A DNA stretch of 41,966 nt from Octopus bimaculoides (lineage: Eukaryota). Numbering within the stretch: the stretch's first letter is position 1; every line of letters begins with the position of its first letter. The DNA is taken from assembly GCF_001194135.2 (NCBI RefSeq), contig NC_068997.1, positions 53,503,098 through 53,545,063 of the forward strand, in the 5' to 3' direction. The notes below the pieces were generated by a model. That model was not told the DNA's origin, did no database searches, and saw only the letters and a program-made list of their open reading frames with translations. Shown here in pieces: positions 1 to 11,932 of this stretch. Position numbers and translations under genes: made by a program.

Positions 1-40
<40 letters not shown>

Positions 41-296
41 TTGTTTGCTTGAGTATATGCATTTAGCTTACTATTATATGTACGTATATGTTTTGCGTAA
101 GTTAAAGGTTATATACGGATGTCAATCCAGTGTGGACTGGATAATTGTAAACAATTGCGTATTGTGAAGCTGCGTGCACCTAATTTTAACTTTCTAATTC
201 TGTTTTACACGTAATCACAGCATCAACGGCGTAGTTTCCTCGCCGGTAAAAAGAATAGAAAGCGATTCCCTATGAAAGCCACGCTCGTGGATCTAG

Positions 297-484
297 TCAC
301 AAAGCCATTTTGAACCAGATGGCACGAGCTTCATAAGCAGGAACTTGTCCTTCCTGTTCTGGCTCGTGAAAGAACGGAAGGGGCTTGGCCGGTGCATGCC
401 ATTGGTCAAAGCAAACATCTTTCTTAGGGGTGGTATGACGACCGGAGAGCGGAATTTGTCCATCCAGGTGTTGGATAAGATTCA
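297..484 (-). CDS. Putative terminal coding exon of the same gene
   Basis: Acceptor TTTTATTTTTCACCAG (AG at 486-485) with TTTAAC about 30 nt upstream. Joins in frame (C+TG=Leu) to give LNLIQHLDGQIPLSGRHTTPKKDVCFDQWHAPAKPLPFFHEPEQEGQVPAYEARAIWFKMAL-stop. Confidence 0.55.
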
Positions 485-604
485 CTGGTGAAAAATAAAA
501 CGACGATTCTACTGTTAAACATGTAGTACAAGAACGATGTGTTTAAGAGAAGGGAAGGCCGTATCTGGAAGAGCCAAGGGAACAACGTGATAACGAAGCC
601 TTAC

Positions 605-860
605 GTCGTGAGGTCATCCATCTCAAATAGTTCTCCTGGTTGGAACACCTCCGATTGCTTATGTCTGTTACGGCGTCTGTGGTGGACCAAACGGCGACCC
701 TTCGGTGCCAATGATTCTTAAGGGTTCCCGACGTGGGCGTGGTGGGCGTCATGGGAGGGGCCACCTTATCCCGGCAAACATTCGCTTCCATGGCCACATC
801 GGAGCCGTCATTGTGGATGAGGGCGGGTCCGTTCAATGGTCGCTCTCTTTGATGTACCAT
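605..860 (-). CDS. Putative coding exon (upstream of intron 604..485) of an unidentified protein; frame open to 929, so the true start or acceptor is uncertain
   Basis: GC-rich non-repetitive island with many G/C-ending codons. Ends at donor GAC|GTAAGG (intron starts 604), phase 1. Translation MVHQRERPLNGPALIHNDGSDVAMEANVCRDKVAPPMTPTTPTSGTLKNHWHRRVAVWSTTDAVTDISNRRCSNQENYLRWMTSR. Confidence 0.55.
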
Positions 861-2310
861 TGTATGCGTGTGTGCGCGCTGTTTCTCTCGATGGCTGTAT
901 ATTATCTTCTTGTTTGGTGTTTTTCTACTTCATCTGTATTTTTTTTTGTATGCTTTGTACAGGGTATATGTATGTATATATGAATATATATATATATATA
1001 TATATATATANNNNNNNNNNNNNNNNNNNNNNNNNNNNNNNNNNNNNNNNNNNNNNNNNNNNNNNNNNNNNNNNNNNNNNNNNNNNNNNNNNNNNNNNNN
1101 NNNNNNNNNNNNNNNNNNNNNNNNNNNNNNNNNNNNNNNNNNNNNNNNNNNNNNNNNNNNNNNNNNNNNNNNNNNNNNNNNNNNNNNNNNNNNNNNNNNN
1201 NNNNNNNNNNNNNNNNNNNNNNNNNNNNNNNNNNNNNNNNNNNNNNNNNNNNNNNNNNNNNNNNNNNNNNNNNNNNNNNNNNNNNNNNNNNNNNNNNNNN
1301 NNNNNNNNNNNNNNNNNNNNNNNNNNNNNNNNNNNNNNNNNNNNNNNNNNNNNNNNNNNNNNNNNNNNNNNNNNNNNNNNNNNNNNNNNNNNNNNNNNNN
1401 NNNNNNNNNNNNNNNNNNNNNNNNNNNNNNNNNNNNNNNNNNNNNNNNNNNNNNNNNNNNNNNNNNNNNNNNNNNNNNNNNNNNNNNNNNNNNNNNNNNN
1501 NNNNNNNNNNNNNNNNNNNNNNNNNNNNNNNNNNNNNNNNNNNNNNNNNNNNNNNNNNNNNNNNNNNNNNNNNNNNNNNNNNNNNNNNNNNNNNNNNNNN
1601 NNNNNNNNNNNNNNNNNNNNNNNNNNNNNNNNNNNNNNNNNNNNNNNNNNNNNNNNNNNNNNNNNNNNNNNNNNNNNNNNNNNNNNNNNNNNNNNNNNNN
1701 NNNNNNNNNNNNNNNNNNNNNNNNNNNNNNNNNNNNNNNNNNNNNNNNNNNNNNNNNNNNNNNNNNNNNNNNNNNNNNNNNNNNNNNNNNNNNNNNNNNN
1801 NNNNNNNNNNNNNNNNNNNNNNNNNNNNNNNNNNNNNNNNNNNNNNNNNNNNNNNNNNNNNNNNNNNNNNNNNNNNNNNNNNNNNNNNNNNNNNNNNNNN
1901 NNNNNNNNNNNNNNNNNNNNNNNNNNNNNATATATATATATATATACATAAGTGTGCATGTGTGTGTTTGTGTGTGCGCTGTCCTGAATTGACAATAATT
2001 GCAAGGTATATTTTTGCTGCAGATCTCAAATAACTGCGAAGCAACACCAAAGTGATTAGCATGACCGCCATGGTTGTAATTTAAAAAATTTTTTTATCTC
2101 AATACGATATTTGCTTAAGCAAAATTTCCAAGATTTCTTTCAATTATCACTTCTCACAGTATGTATTCATTAGCGTTCATTACTCTTTTCTCTATTAGTG
2201 TTTCTGATTTCAATATTTTCAAATAGTTTACGGCACAACTAGTCAGTCGAGGCTATGAAAAGCGAATGCATATATGTATGTATGTACGTATACCTGCAAA
2301 TACACATTTA

Positions 2311-2585
2311 CGACGCCATGCCTTTTCGCCCGACGTCACTTCGTCAAACGTCTTTTGGACCACGTCTTTTGGTCCGACGTCTTTTGGCCCGAGGATTTTT
2401 GATTATTTTTTTTTGTCTAACGACAAATGCTATCAGTGAGAATTGTCAATGGTTATTTGATTCTGATGTTCACCATGTTTTCTAAGGAGTTCATTTAAAA
2501 TTAGACAAAAAAAAAAATCATCAGACAAAAGACATCGGACCAAGTGACGTGGACGAAGTAACATCGGACGAAGGATCGGGTCACG
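2311..2585. mobile_element. Foldback/MITE with long imperfect TIRs built of 14-15 bp subrepeats (possibly MULE-like)
   Basis: Left arm about 2311-2420 (CCGACGTCACTTCGTC, ACGTCTTTTGG x3, TTTTTTTTGTCTAA) matches the reverse complement of the right arm about 2502-2585. Flanks CACATTTA (2303-2310) and AACATTTA (2586-2593) form a 7/8 candidate TSD. Confidence 0.7.
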
Positions 2586-4200
2586 AACATTTACATACGG
2601 ACACACACACGCACGCACACACGCGCGCACACACACACGTATGCACGCACCTACGTACATACATTTATAGAAAAGTGTTTATATATATACGTACAGATAT
2701 ATATATGTCAATATAGATATGTATATTCATATCAATCAATCACTCCATCTGTCTGTTTGTCTGCTTGATTATATGTACATATAATTTTAGATGGCAAATG
2801 TACGAATGCTGTCTTTATGTATATATATACTGGCGACATTTTCGGTCTATGTATTTGACATAGACATTGATCATAGCACCGAGTAACTTCTAGTTAATTG
2901 TTGAGCATTTTCAATGAATAGCTATGCCTTGACACACAAACCCGCACCTATATGTGTACATGCACACACATATACACATAACTATATACACGCATACCCA
3001 CATACATACATATCTGTCAGTGTGTGTTATGTCCCGTCCATCTTGCACACATCTCTCTTCATGTTACGTCTTTGTAAAACTGTCACTCTTCATTGTTGTA
3101 TGTCTGTATCTGGCTCCACTAACTATCCTCTTTTCCTTCCACCTCCTCTTCCTCCTCCTCCACCTCTTCTTCTTCTTCTTCTTCTTCTTCTTCTTCTTCT
3201 TCTTCTTCTTCTCATTATTATTATTATTATTATTAAATTTGTTTCTCTTTTACTTAAATCTCCATCTTCATGCAGTTCGAAAATGTTCGTTTTATGCTGC
3301 ACACACACACACACACACAAACACAAACGCACACACACAAACGCACACACACACACACACACACATACACACACACTCATACNNNNNNNNNNNNNNNNNN
3401 NNNNNNNNNNNNNNNNNNNNNNNNNNNNNNNNNNNNNNNNNNNNNNNNNNNNNNNNNNNNNNNNNNNNNNNNNNNNNNNNNNNNNNNNNNNNNNNNNNNN
3501 NNNNNNNNNNNNNNNNNNNNNNNNNNNNNNNNNNNNNNNNNNNNNNNNNNNNNNNNNNNNNNNNNNNNNNNNNNNNNNNNNNNNNNNNNNNNNNNNNNNN
3601 NNNNNNNNNNNNNNNNNNNNNNNNNNNNNNNNNNNNNNNNNNNNNNNNNNNNNNNNNNNNNNNNNNNNNNNNNNNNNNNNNNNNNNNNNNNNNNNNNNNN
3701 NNNNNNNNNNNNNNNNNNNNNNNNNNNNNNNNNNNNNNNNNNNNNNNNNNNNNNNNNNNNNNNNNNNNNNNNNNNNNNNNNNNNNNNNNNNNNNNNNNNN
3801 NNNNNNNNNNNNNNNNNNNNNNNNNNNNNNNNNNNNNNNNNNNNNNNNNNNNNNNNNNNNNNNNNNNNNNNNNNNNNNNNNNNNNNNNNNNNNNNNNNNN
3901 NNNNNNNNNNNNNNNNNNNNNNNNNNNNNNNNNNNNNNNNNNNNNNNNNNNNNNNNNNNNNNNNNNNNNNNNNNNNNNNNNNNNNNNNNNNNNNNNNNNN
4001 NNNNNNNNNNNNNNNNNNNNNNNNNNNNNNNNNNNNNNNNNNNNNNNNNNNNNNNNNNNNNNNNNNNNNNNNNNNNNNNNNNNNNNNNNNNNNNNNNNNN
4101 NNNNNNNNNNNNNNNNNNNNNNNNNNNNNNNNNNNNNNNNNNNNNNNNNNNNNNNNNNNNNNNNNNNNNNNNNNNNNNNNNNNNNNNNNNNNNNNNNNNN

Positions 4201-4243
<43 letters not shown>

Positions 4244-5052
4244 GTTTGTATCTCTTACGTTATATACGTGTGGCAATGTATGATTGTGTGTTAACTTATT
4301 AATGCTGACATGTGCGTGCATGCGTGTGTAAGTATACGTACATGTGTGTGTGTATGTGCTTTCTGCTCCGTGTGTTTTATCGAACCGGAAGTGATCATGA
4401 AAAATGTAGTGTTTCCGTCGGCGCTGTGAACACAATTGAACGACAAGAGGGCAGCACAATAGAACATGTCTGTTAATGGCGACTCCTGTAATGCTGTTGT
4501 GTTTGGAGAGGGTTCAGAAGTGGGTTGGCTGTAAAATCGGGTAGCACCACCACCACCACTGCCACCGCCACCACCATCATCATCACCTGTGTGTGGGGGC
4601 GAAGCCGTATTCATGAAGGTGGTGGTGGCGGTGGTAGTGTTGACGGCTGCTGAGTCAATGTATTAAGTTTAGAGTGGGAAGTAGAAGTGTGTGCTTGCGC
4701 GCCTCTGTTTGCAGTGTGCTTATACGTCTTCATGAATATGTGTGTGAATGTGTGAATTCTTTGTCTATCAAGTAGTTTGTTCCCGTTTGTTTATATTTGC
4801 TAACGTTTATGTAATTTAGTTTGCACGTGTGTATTTATGAATGTATAAGCGTGTGTGTGTGTGTATGTGCGTGTGTGTGTATGTGCGTGTGTGTGTGTGT
4901 GTGCATGTATGTGTGCGTGTGTGTGCGCGAATGCATACGTGTCTATGTGTGTGTGCATTTATGTGTGTGTGTATGTGTGCATACGAGTTTGAATTTCTGT
5001 GCAAGCGCCTGTTCATGTGTAAGCGTGAATGGATAGATACAATTCATTCATG

Positions 5053-5138
<86 letters not shown>

Positions 5139-5533
5139 NNNNNNNNNNNNNNNNNNNNNNNNNNNNNNNNNNNNNNNNNNNNNNNNNNNNNNNNNNNNNN
5201 NNNNNNNNNNNNNNNNNNNNNNNNNNNNNNNNNNNNNNNNNNNNNNNNNNNNNNNNNNNNNNNNNNNNNNNNNNNNNNNNNNNNNNNNNNNNNNNNNNNN
5301 NNNNNNNNNNNNNNNNNNNNNNNNNNNNNNNNNNNNNNNNNNNNNNNNNNNNNNNNNNNNNNNNNNNNNNNNNNNNNNNNNNNNNNNNNNNNNNNNNNNN
5401 NNNNNNNNNNNNNNNNNNNNNNNNNNNNNNNNNNNNNNNNNNNNNNNNNNNNNNNNNNNNNNNNNNNNNNNNNNNNNNNNNNNNNNNNNNNNNNNNNNNN
5501 NNNNNNNNNNNNNNNNNNNNNNNNNNNNNNNNN

Positions 5534-5565
<32 letters not shown>

Positions 5566-5680
5566 ATATATATATATACACATACATGTATATGTATATA
5601 TTTATATATGCACTGCTTAAAAGGATATATGATGTTCGTATTTATATATCAGTGTAGCGCTAATGAATGTGTATGTGTGG

Positions 5681-5719
<39 letters not shown>

Positions 5720-5729
5720 CACACACACA

Positions 5730-5778
<49 letters not shown>

Positions 5779-6566
5779 TTATATATGTGTGTGTGTTTAT
5801 ATATAAAAATAAATATACAATATTTGTGGTGTTTATAATGGTACGAATGTGATCAATATAAGCGGATGCTTTCAATTATTATGTGTATACGAGAGTATCA
5901 CGTGAAAGTATTTGCGTGATTGTGTTTATGTGAATGTGCGACTTCATGTCTGTGTGTACGCGTGTGTGTATTCGTGTGTTTTTTTCTTGTGTACCGGTGT
6001 ATATAGCTATATGTTCATATATTCATGCATACATATGCATATATCTTACTATATGTATTTATATCATATGTACATGTAAATGTATGTATATATAAATATA
6101 TATATATATTTGCTTATGTATGTGTTTTTATACGTATTCCTGTATAAGTGTATATGTGTGTGTGTCTGTGTGTGTCTGTTTCTCTATGTGTGTGTGTGTA
6201 TGAATGTATGGAACTCTAAGAAAACTAAGAGAACCATTCCCTCTCGACGTGTGTTTTCTATCCTTTGATGTTTTTCTGACCTTTCACTGATGTTTTATGC
6301 CACCTGTTTGATGTTGTTTGAGGCTACATGTGACGTCGTTTTATGTCTGAGATCGCTACATGAAACACTGTGTCCATCGTCATCCCCATCCCCATCACCA
6401 TCACCATCACCACTACCACCACGACCAATAAGAACACCGTCACCGCCACCACTAACAACCTACCACCATCTCCATCACCCCCACCTTTACCACTACAGCC
6501 GCCACCACTATCACCCAACATCACTATACCACGAATAACAACTGCACCACCACCACCACCACCACC

Positions 6567-6597
<31 letters not shown>

Positions 6598-6756
6598 GCA
6601 TCGCCTCAGTTTCTCTCCTCATGTCTCTTATTTTCGCATGATTTATTTCCTGGTGGTCGTTGTGGTGTCGGTGTTGGTGGTGTCGCAGAAATGTTACAGC
6701 ACCGATCTATACACCTATCAATAGACATACATCTGTGACACAATATGTTACAATGA

Positions 6757-6990
6757 AACATCTTTGTAACGCCAATTCAGTCATGTAAAAGCATGTTTAT
6801 CAAACCAACTCAGGCACGGTGAAAGGAGATGTTTGTAACTCTAGCTCAGGCACAGTTGAACGTTCTTGTAACACATGATTGTGAGACAGTCTCAGGTAGA
6901 GTGTGACATGTTTGTAACGCACACTCAAGTAGAGTGGGACACGTTGATGGGATAGACTCACGTGGAAGGTTTGTGGCGCTGACTCAGGTG
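6757..6990 (+). repeat. Degenerate minisatellite, dominant period 33 bp
   Basis: CTCAGG-like anchors at 6776, 6809, 6845, 6891, 6924, 6957, 6983; TGTAAC at 6765, 6834, 6867, 6913. Confidence 0.7.
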
Positions 6991-7896
6991 ATGGTGGTAG
7001 CCGTGGTGGTGGAGGTGGTGGTGGAGGTGGTGGTCGTAGTGGTGGTAGCGTTCGCGTTGGTGGTGGTATCGGTGGTGGTGGTGTTGTCGGTGGTGGTGCT
7101 GTGTTCTTTGCTACACTTGACATTTCTATCCGTAAACCAGAGCGGGCCATCATAATAACACGGTGGACTGACGAGAATTGATCGATAGAAGAGAGAAGAG
7201 AAGGAGGCGGAGGCGGAGGCGGAGGAGGAAATGGTAGAAGAGACGGTGAGCGAGATGGTGCTGGAGGTGGTGGTGGTGGCGGTGTCGTGACGTATTCAAG
7301 GGGTGGGGTAGATGTAGGTGACTCTAAAGCGATCGATAACGCACTGGTTACAGATTTCGATATACATTTGATAGAGGGGGAGGAGGGAACAGATTAGTGT
7401 GTTGATGATACTGATGGTGGTGGTGGTGGTGGTGGATATGATGTTGACGATAATGATGATGATGATGGTAATAACGATAATAATGATCATGATAACGATG
7501 ATGGTGTTGACGATGATAATGACGGTGATGATGTTGATTGTAACATCCTTTTATTTCATATTGTTTCAAGTCCGCCTTGATACATTGGAAGCTGGACACG
7601 TTGGAAACACAACAGTCTGATGAATGTTTAAGTCACAGAACTCATTTGTTACAATTTTCTTGGTCAACCAACACAATACTCGAACCTAGAATCTGCCAGA
7701 CTTGTTATCTGAATACAATATTTCCCACAATATTTCCCACAAAACAGTACATATCAACTGGAACAGATTGAGGGGCATTTAACATGTCTTAGTTACCATT
7801 ATTAATCTGTTAGCACAGGTATATATTTGTCGGGTTCCATACGTTATACATTACGAATACAATATAGTGTGTGTGTGTGTGTATATACGTATTCAT

Positions 7897-8096
7897 TTAT
7901 TCTTTTATTTTTTTTTACTTGTTTCAGTCAATTGACTGCGGTCATGATGGAGCACCACACCACCTTTAGTCGAGAAAATCGACCCCAGGAATTATTTTTG
8001 TAAGCCTGGTACTTATTCTATCGGTCTATTGTTTGCCGAACCGCTAAGTTACGGGGGAGGTAAACACACCAACATCGGTTGTCGAGCGATGGTGGA

Positions 8097-8097
<1 letters not shown>
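7897..8097 (-). mobile_element. SINE, 3' module of the dimeric family
   Basis: Reverse complement reads CCACCATCGCTCGACAACCGATGTTGGTGTGTTTAC...GATAGAATAAGTACCAGG...CTGGGGTCGAT...GTGCTCCATCATGACCGCAGTC plus A-rich tail; homologous to 24890-25080 and 32261-32470. Confidence 0.85.
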
Positions 8098-8141
<44 letters not shown>

Positions 8142-8214
8142 TAGTTTTATATACATATACCGTTGTATAATACTTTGAACATCAGCATCATTGTCATTAT
8201 TTGGCGTTTTATAT

Positions 8215-8325
<111 letters not shown>

Positions 8326-8779
8326 ATTATTGAGTTATTACTATTTTTTTGATATTTGTGTTTATTTATGTTTGTCTTTAAATGTGCGTTCATTGCTGAT
8401 GTGGAAATCTAGTTACATATCTGCCAGCTTCCTCCCCTCTCACTCACCCATTTGATGTTCTGCGAGAACCAGGCTGATGCCATTCCATAAGCCATTCCAT
8501 AAGCCATTCTTCACTGTCACCAACATTGTCTTTGAAGTAATGTCTTCCATGCTCATTCTTGAATTCTCAATTAGCAGTGCCTCAATTTTGATGAATAATT
8601 GCAAACGAGGCACATCGCACACACTCACACATACACACATATATACGCAAATATATAATGCATACATATGTTTGTATGTATGTATATACGTACGTATGTA
8701 TACGCAAACACACACATATATATACACACACATATGTACGTGTTTATCTGTTAAAGTGTACCCTAGCGTCTGAGAGTAC

Positions 8780-8841
<62 letters not shown>

Positions 8842-9705
8842 TTATATATATATAGATACAAACATAAGTGTTCGTACACACACACATATATAGACCCAAT
8901 GCTGCAGTATGGTCTTGCAAATTCTGTAAGTATATGTATGTCCATAATATACATATACAAATATACAGCTATCTTTCCACGTCCCCACGTGTATGTGTTT
9001 GTGAGAATGAATGAGTGTGTGTGTGTGTGTGTGTGGGTGTGTGTTGCATACAATTATAAATACATTTGTATAAACATTTTATTACACATTTACAATAATG
9101 AGGCCTCGCAGCAATATTTCTAGATATTTGCACACACATATTTATATGAACATATATATATATCCATATCCATATTCATATATACGTATATATGTAAGCA
9201 TACGTATAATAATTGCACCTTTTTATGCCTGTGTATGCTTGCATGTATGTGTGTGACAGCGTAACGAGGCAAAAATATATAAAGTGTAATTGAAGAAAAC
9301 ATTCCGTTCGATTCCGTACGTCTCCGCTAGAGAAAACCGCATTCAGAATTGTTCCTGTTTAACAGTGCAAAGTACCGCCTTATTCTGATAAATCCTCAAC
9401 ATAATTAAACTATTAAGATAATTTATTTGTTAACAATTACTGCAGCGGCCCATATATGATACTTATGGTGTCCTACTGTAGAGAGGGAGCTGCAGAAATG
9501 AATGTGTGAACGTCTGTAGCTTTCTATATATGTATATATATGCAAAAAATATACATACACGTATATGTATATATATATGTATGCATGTGTGAGTGTGTCT
9601 GTTTGGGTAGATGATTATGTGTGGGTGTCTAATACTCACGTGTGATACATTTGTACATAAGAGTCCTTGTGTAAGTGCACACTCACACACACCTCCCTCT
9701 CCCCC

Positions 9706-9783
<78 letters not shown>

Positions 9784-9822
9784 GTAGTTAGGCGGGTATA
9801 TTCAGGCATCCAAATATATGTG

Positions 9823-9856
<34 letters not shown>

Positions 9857-9979
9857 GTGTGCGTGTGTGTGTGTGTATGTGTATCTATGTACGTATGTGT
9901 ATGAAAATATATAAACAGATTGACAGAAAGCAATCTGGCTAGATACATACATACGTCTTTACATACACACACAAATACA

Positions 9980-10025
<46 letters not shown>

Positions 10026-10151
10026 GTGAGAGAGTGAGAGAAAGAGAGGAAGAAATATAGATAGATAGATGAGAAAGATTGTGAGTGAGTGCGAGATAGA
10101 TAAAGAGAGAGGGGGAGGGAGGGACAGAGAGTTACATAGATAAATGAATAA

Positions 10152-10270
10152 GAAGGATTACAGAAGCAGGGGCAGACAATCAATGCCGATCTGGATTGTC
10201 AACAGGTCAGCAGGTGCATGTCTTCAGCACGTAAATGCATCCTTCTGGTCAGCCATGCAACTGTGCAGTC
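10152..10270 (+). mobile_element. Degenerate mariner-type transposase fragment
   Basis: Frame from 10152 reads EGLQKQGQTINADLDCQQVSR..ARKCILLVSHA, resembling the mariner core motif GQTINADLYCQQLDRL..RKGVILLHDNA (recalled consensus, not searched). Confidence 0.45.
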
Positions 10271-10363
10271 AGCCTCATGGAGTGAGTGCAATTATACAAG
10301 TGTCCTTGTCTCAATGTACACACATGCATACATTCACATATACACATATGTCTATTTACACAT

Positions 10364-10412
<49 letters not shown>

Positions 10413-10775
10413 NNNNNNNNNNNNNNNNNNNNNNNNNNNNNNNNNNNNNNNNNNNNNNNNNNNNNNNNNNNNNNNNNNNNNNNNNNNNNNNNNNNNNNNN
10501 NNNNNNNNNNNNNNNNNNNNNNNNNNNNNNNNNNNNNNNNNNNNNNNNNNNNNNNNNNNNNNNNNNNNNNNNNNNNNNNNNNNNNNNNNNNNNNNNNNNN
10601 NNNNNNNNNNNNNNNNNNNNNNNNNNNNNNNNNNNNNNNNNNNNNNNNNNNNNNNNNNNNNNNNNNNNNNNNNNNNNNNNNNNNNNNNNNNNNNNNNNNN
10701 NNNNNNNNNNNNNNNNNNNNNNNNNACGTTAAAAACAAACATTAACATAAATATGCATATACATATTCACCTCTG

Positions 10776-10836
<61 letters not shown>

Positions 10837-11346
10837 CTTTGTCCGTTTAGCCATCTAAATATGTGTGATATATTATTTTATATGATATTATATCATATCA
10901 TATCATATATATTACGAATATTCAGAGATATTTGCACCTTCTACCCTCTTGATGCTTAGGTTCATGTCTCGGTGTGTACGTTTATTCATATATACATGCG
11001 TGTTTGTGTGCCCCCATGTGTGTGTCTGTGTGTGTGTGTGTGTGTTTGTAGATACGTCACCACATAACTTCGTCTTAAAAATCCTTCACGTGTACTCTAT
11101 GATGCATTTTTTTGTTATCTTCCCCTGTCTGTAGGTGAGTTCTTTGTTAATTATAGAGTTGGCTGTGACAGACTCTCTCTCTCCAACCCTTTCTATCTCT
11201 CCACCCTTTCTCTTTCAACTAGGTTGATATGTTCTAATAGAATGGAGTGACTACAACAACAATAACAACGGTAGCAATATAAATATTGGCATCCTATATA
11301 CTTGCAGACTGACACACACACAAGCACACACACACGAACACACACG

Positions 11347-11387
<41 letters not shown>

Positions 11388-11397
11388 NNNNNNNNNN

Positions 11398-11430
<33 letters not shown>

Positions 11431-11829
11431 ACACACACACACAAACATAAACGCACATACACTCACACACACACTTTCGGTGATATATACATCCTTACAT
11501 GCGTGTGTGGATCTAGGCATACATATTTATGCATCTGTATATCCGTGTGTGTGTGTGTGTGTGTGTGTATCTATTAATGTATATAATAAATAGAGATATT
11601 GTACGTAAAACATATAGATATAAACACTCACACATACACACATATATAATACTTTATATATCATATATATATATTTATGATAAATATATAATATATACAT
11701 GTATTTATGATATATATAAAATGTTTATATGTATATGTATATATATATATATGTATATATATGTATATATATATGTATATATATATATGTATATATATAT
11801 GTATATATGTATATATATATGTATATATG

Positions 11830-11881
<52 letters not shown>

Positions 11882-11887
11882 TATATG

Positions 11888-11932
<45 letters not shown>

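Noticed and set aside
547-630. Plus-frame peptide EQRDNEALRREVIHLK resembling a bZIP zipper
   Set aside because: Short, stop-bounded, has no basic region and overlaps the minus-strand intron.
460-713. Alternative minus frame giving HHRRRNRHKQSEVFQPGELFEMDDLTTESYPTPGW, with a TOS-like FEMDD motif
   Set aside because: It is bounded by a stop near 718 with only a weak acceptor, while the other frame stays open across the whole GC-rich island. Not fully excluded.
6370-7300. CCA-rich block facing a TGG-rich block (possible large fold-back); Pro/Gly-rich ORFs
   Set aside because: Complementarity comes only from trinucleotide composition; there is no unique-sequence symmetry.
9709-9752. (CT)n(TA)10(GA)n palindrome
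   Set aside because: A common compound microsatellite; (TA)n is self-complementary.
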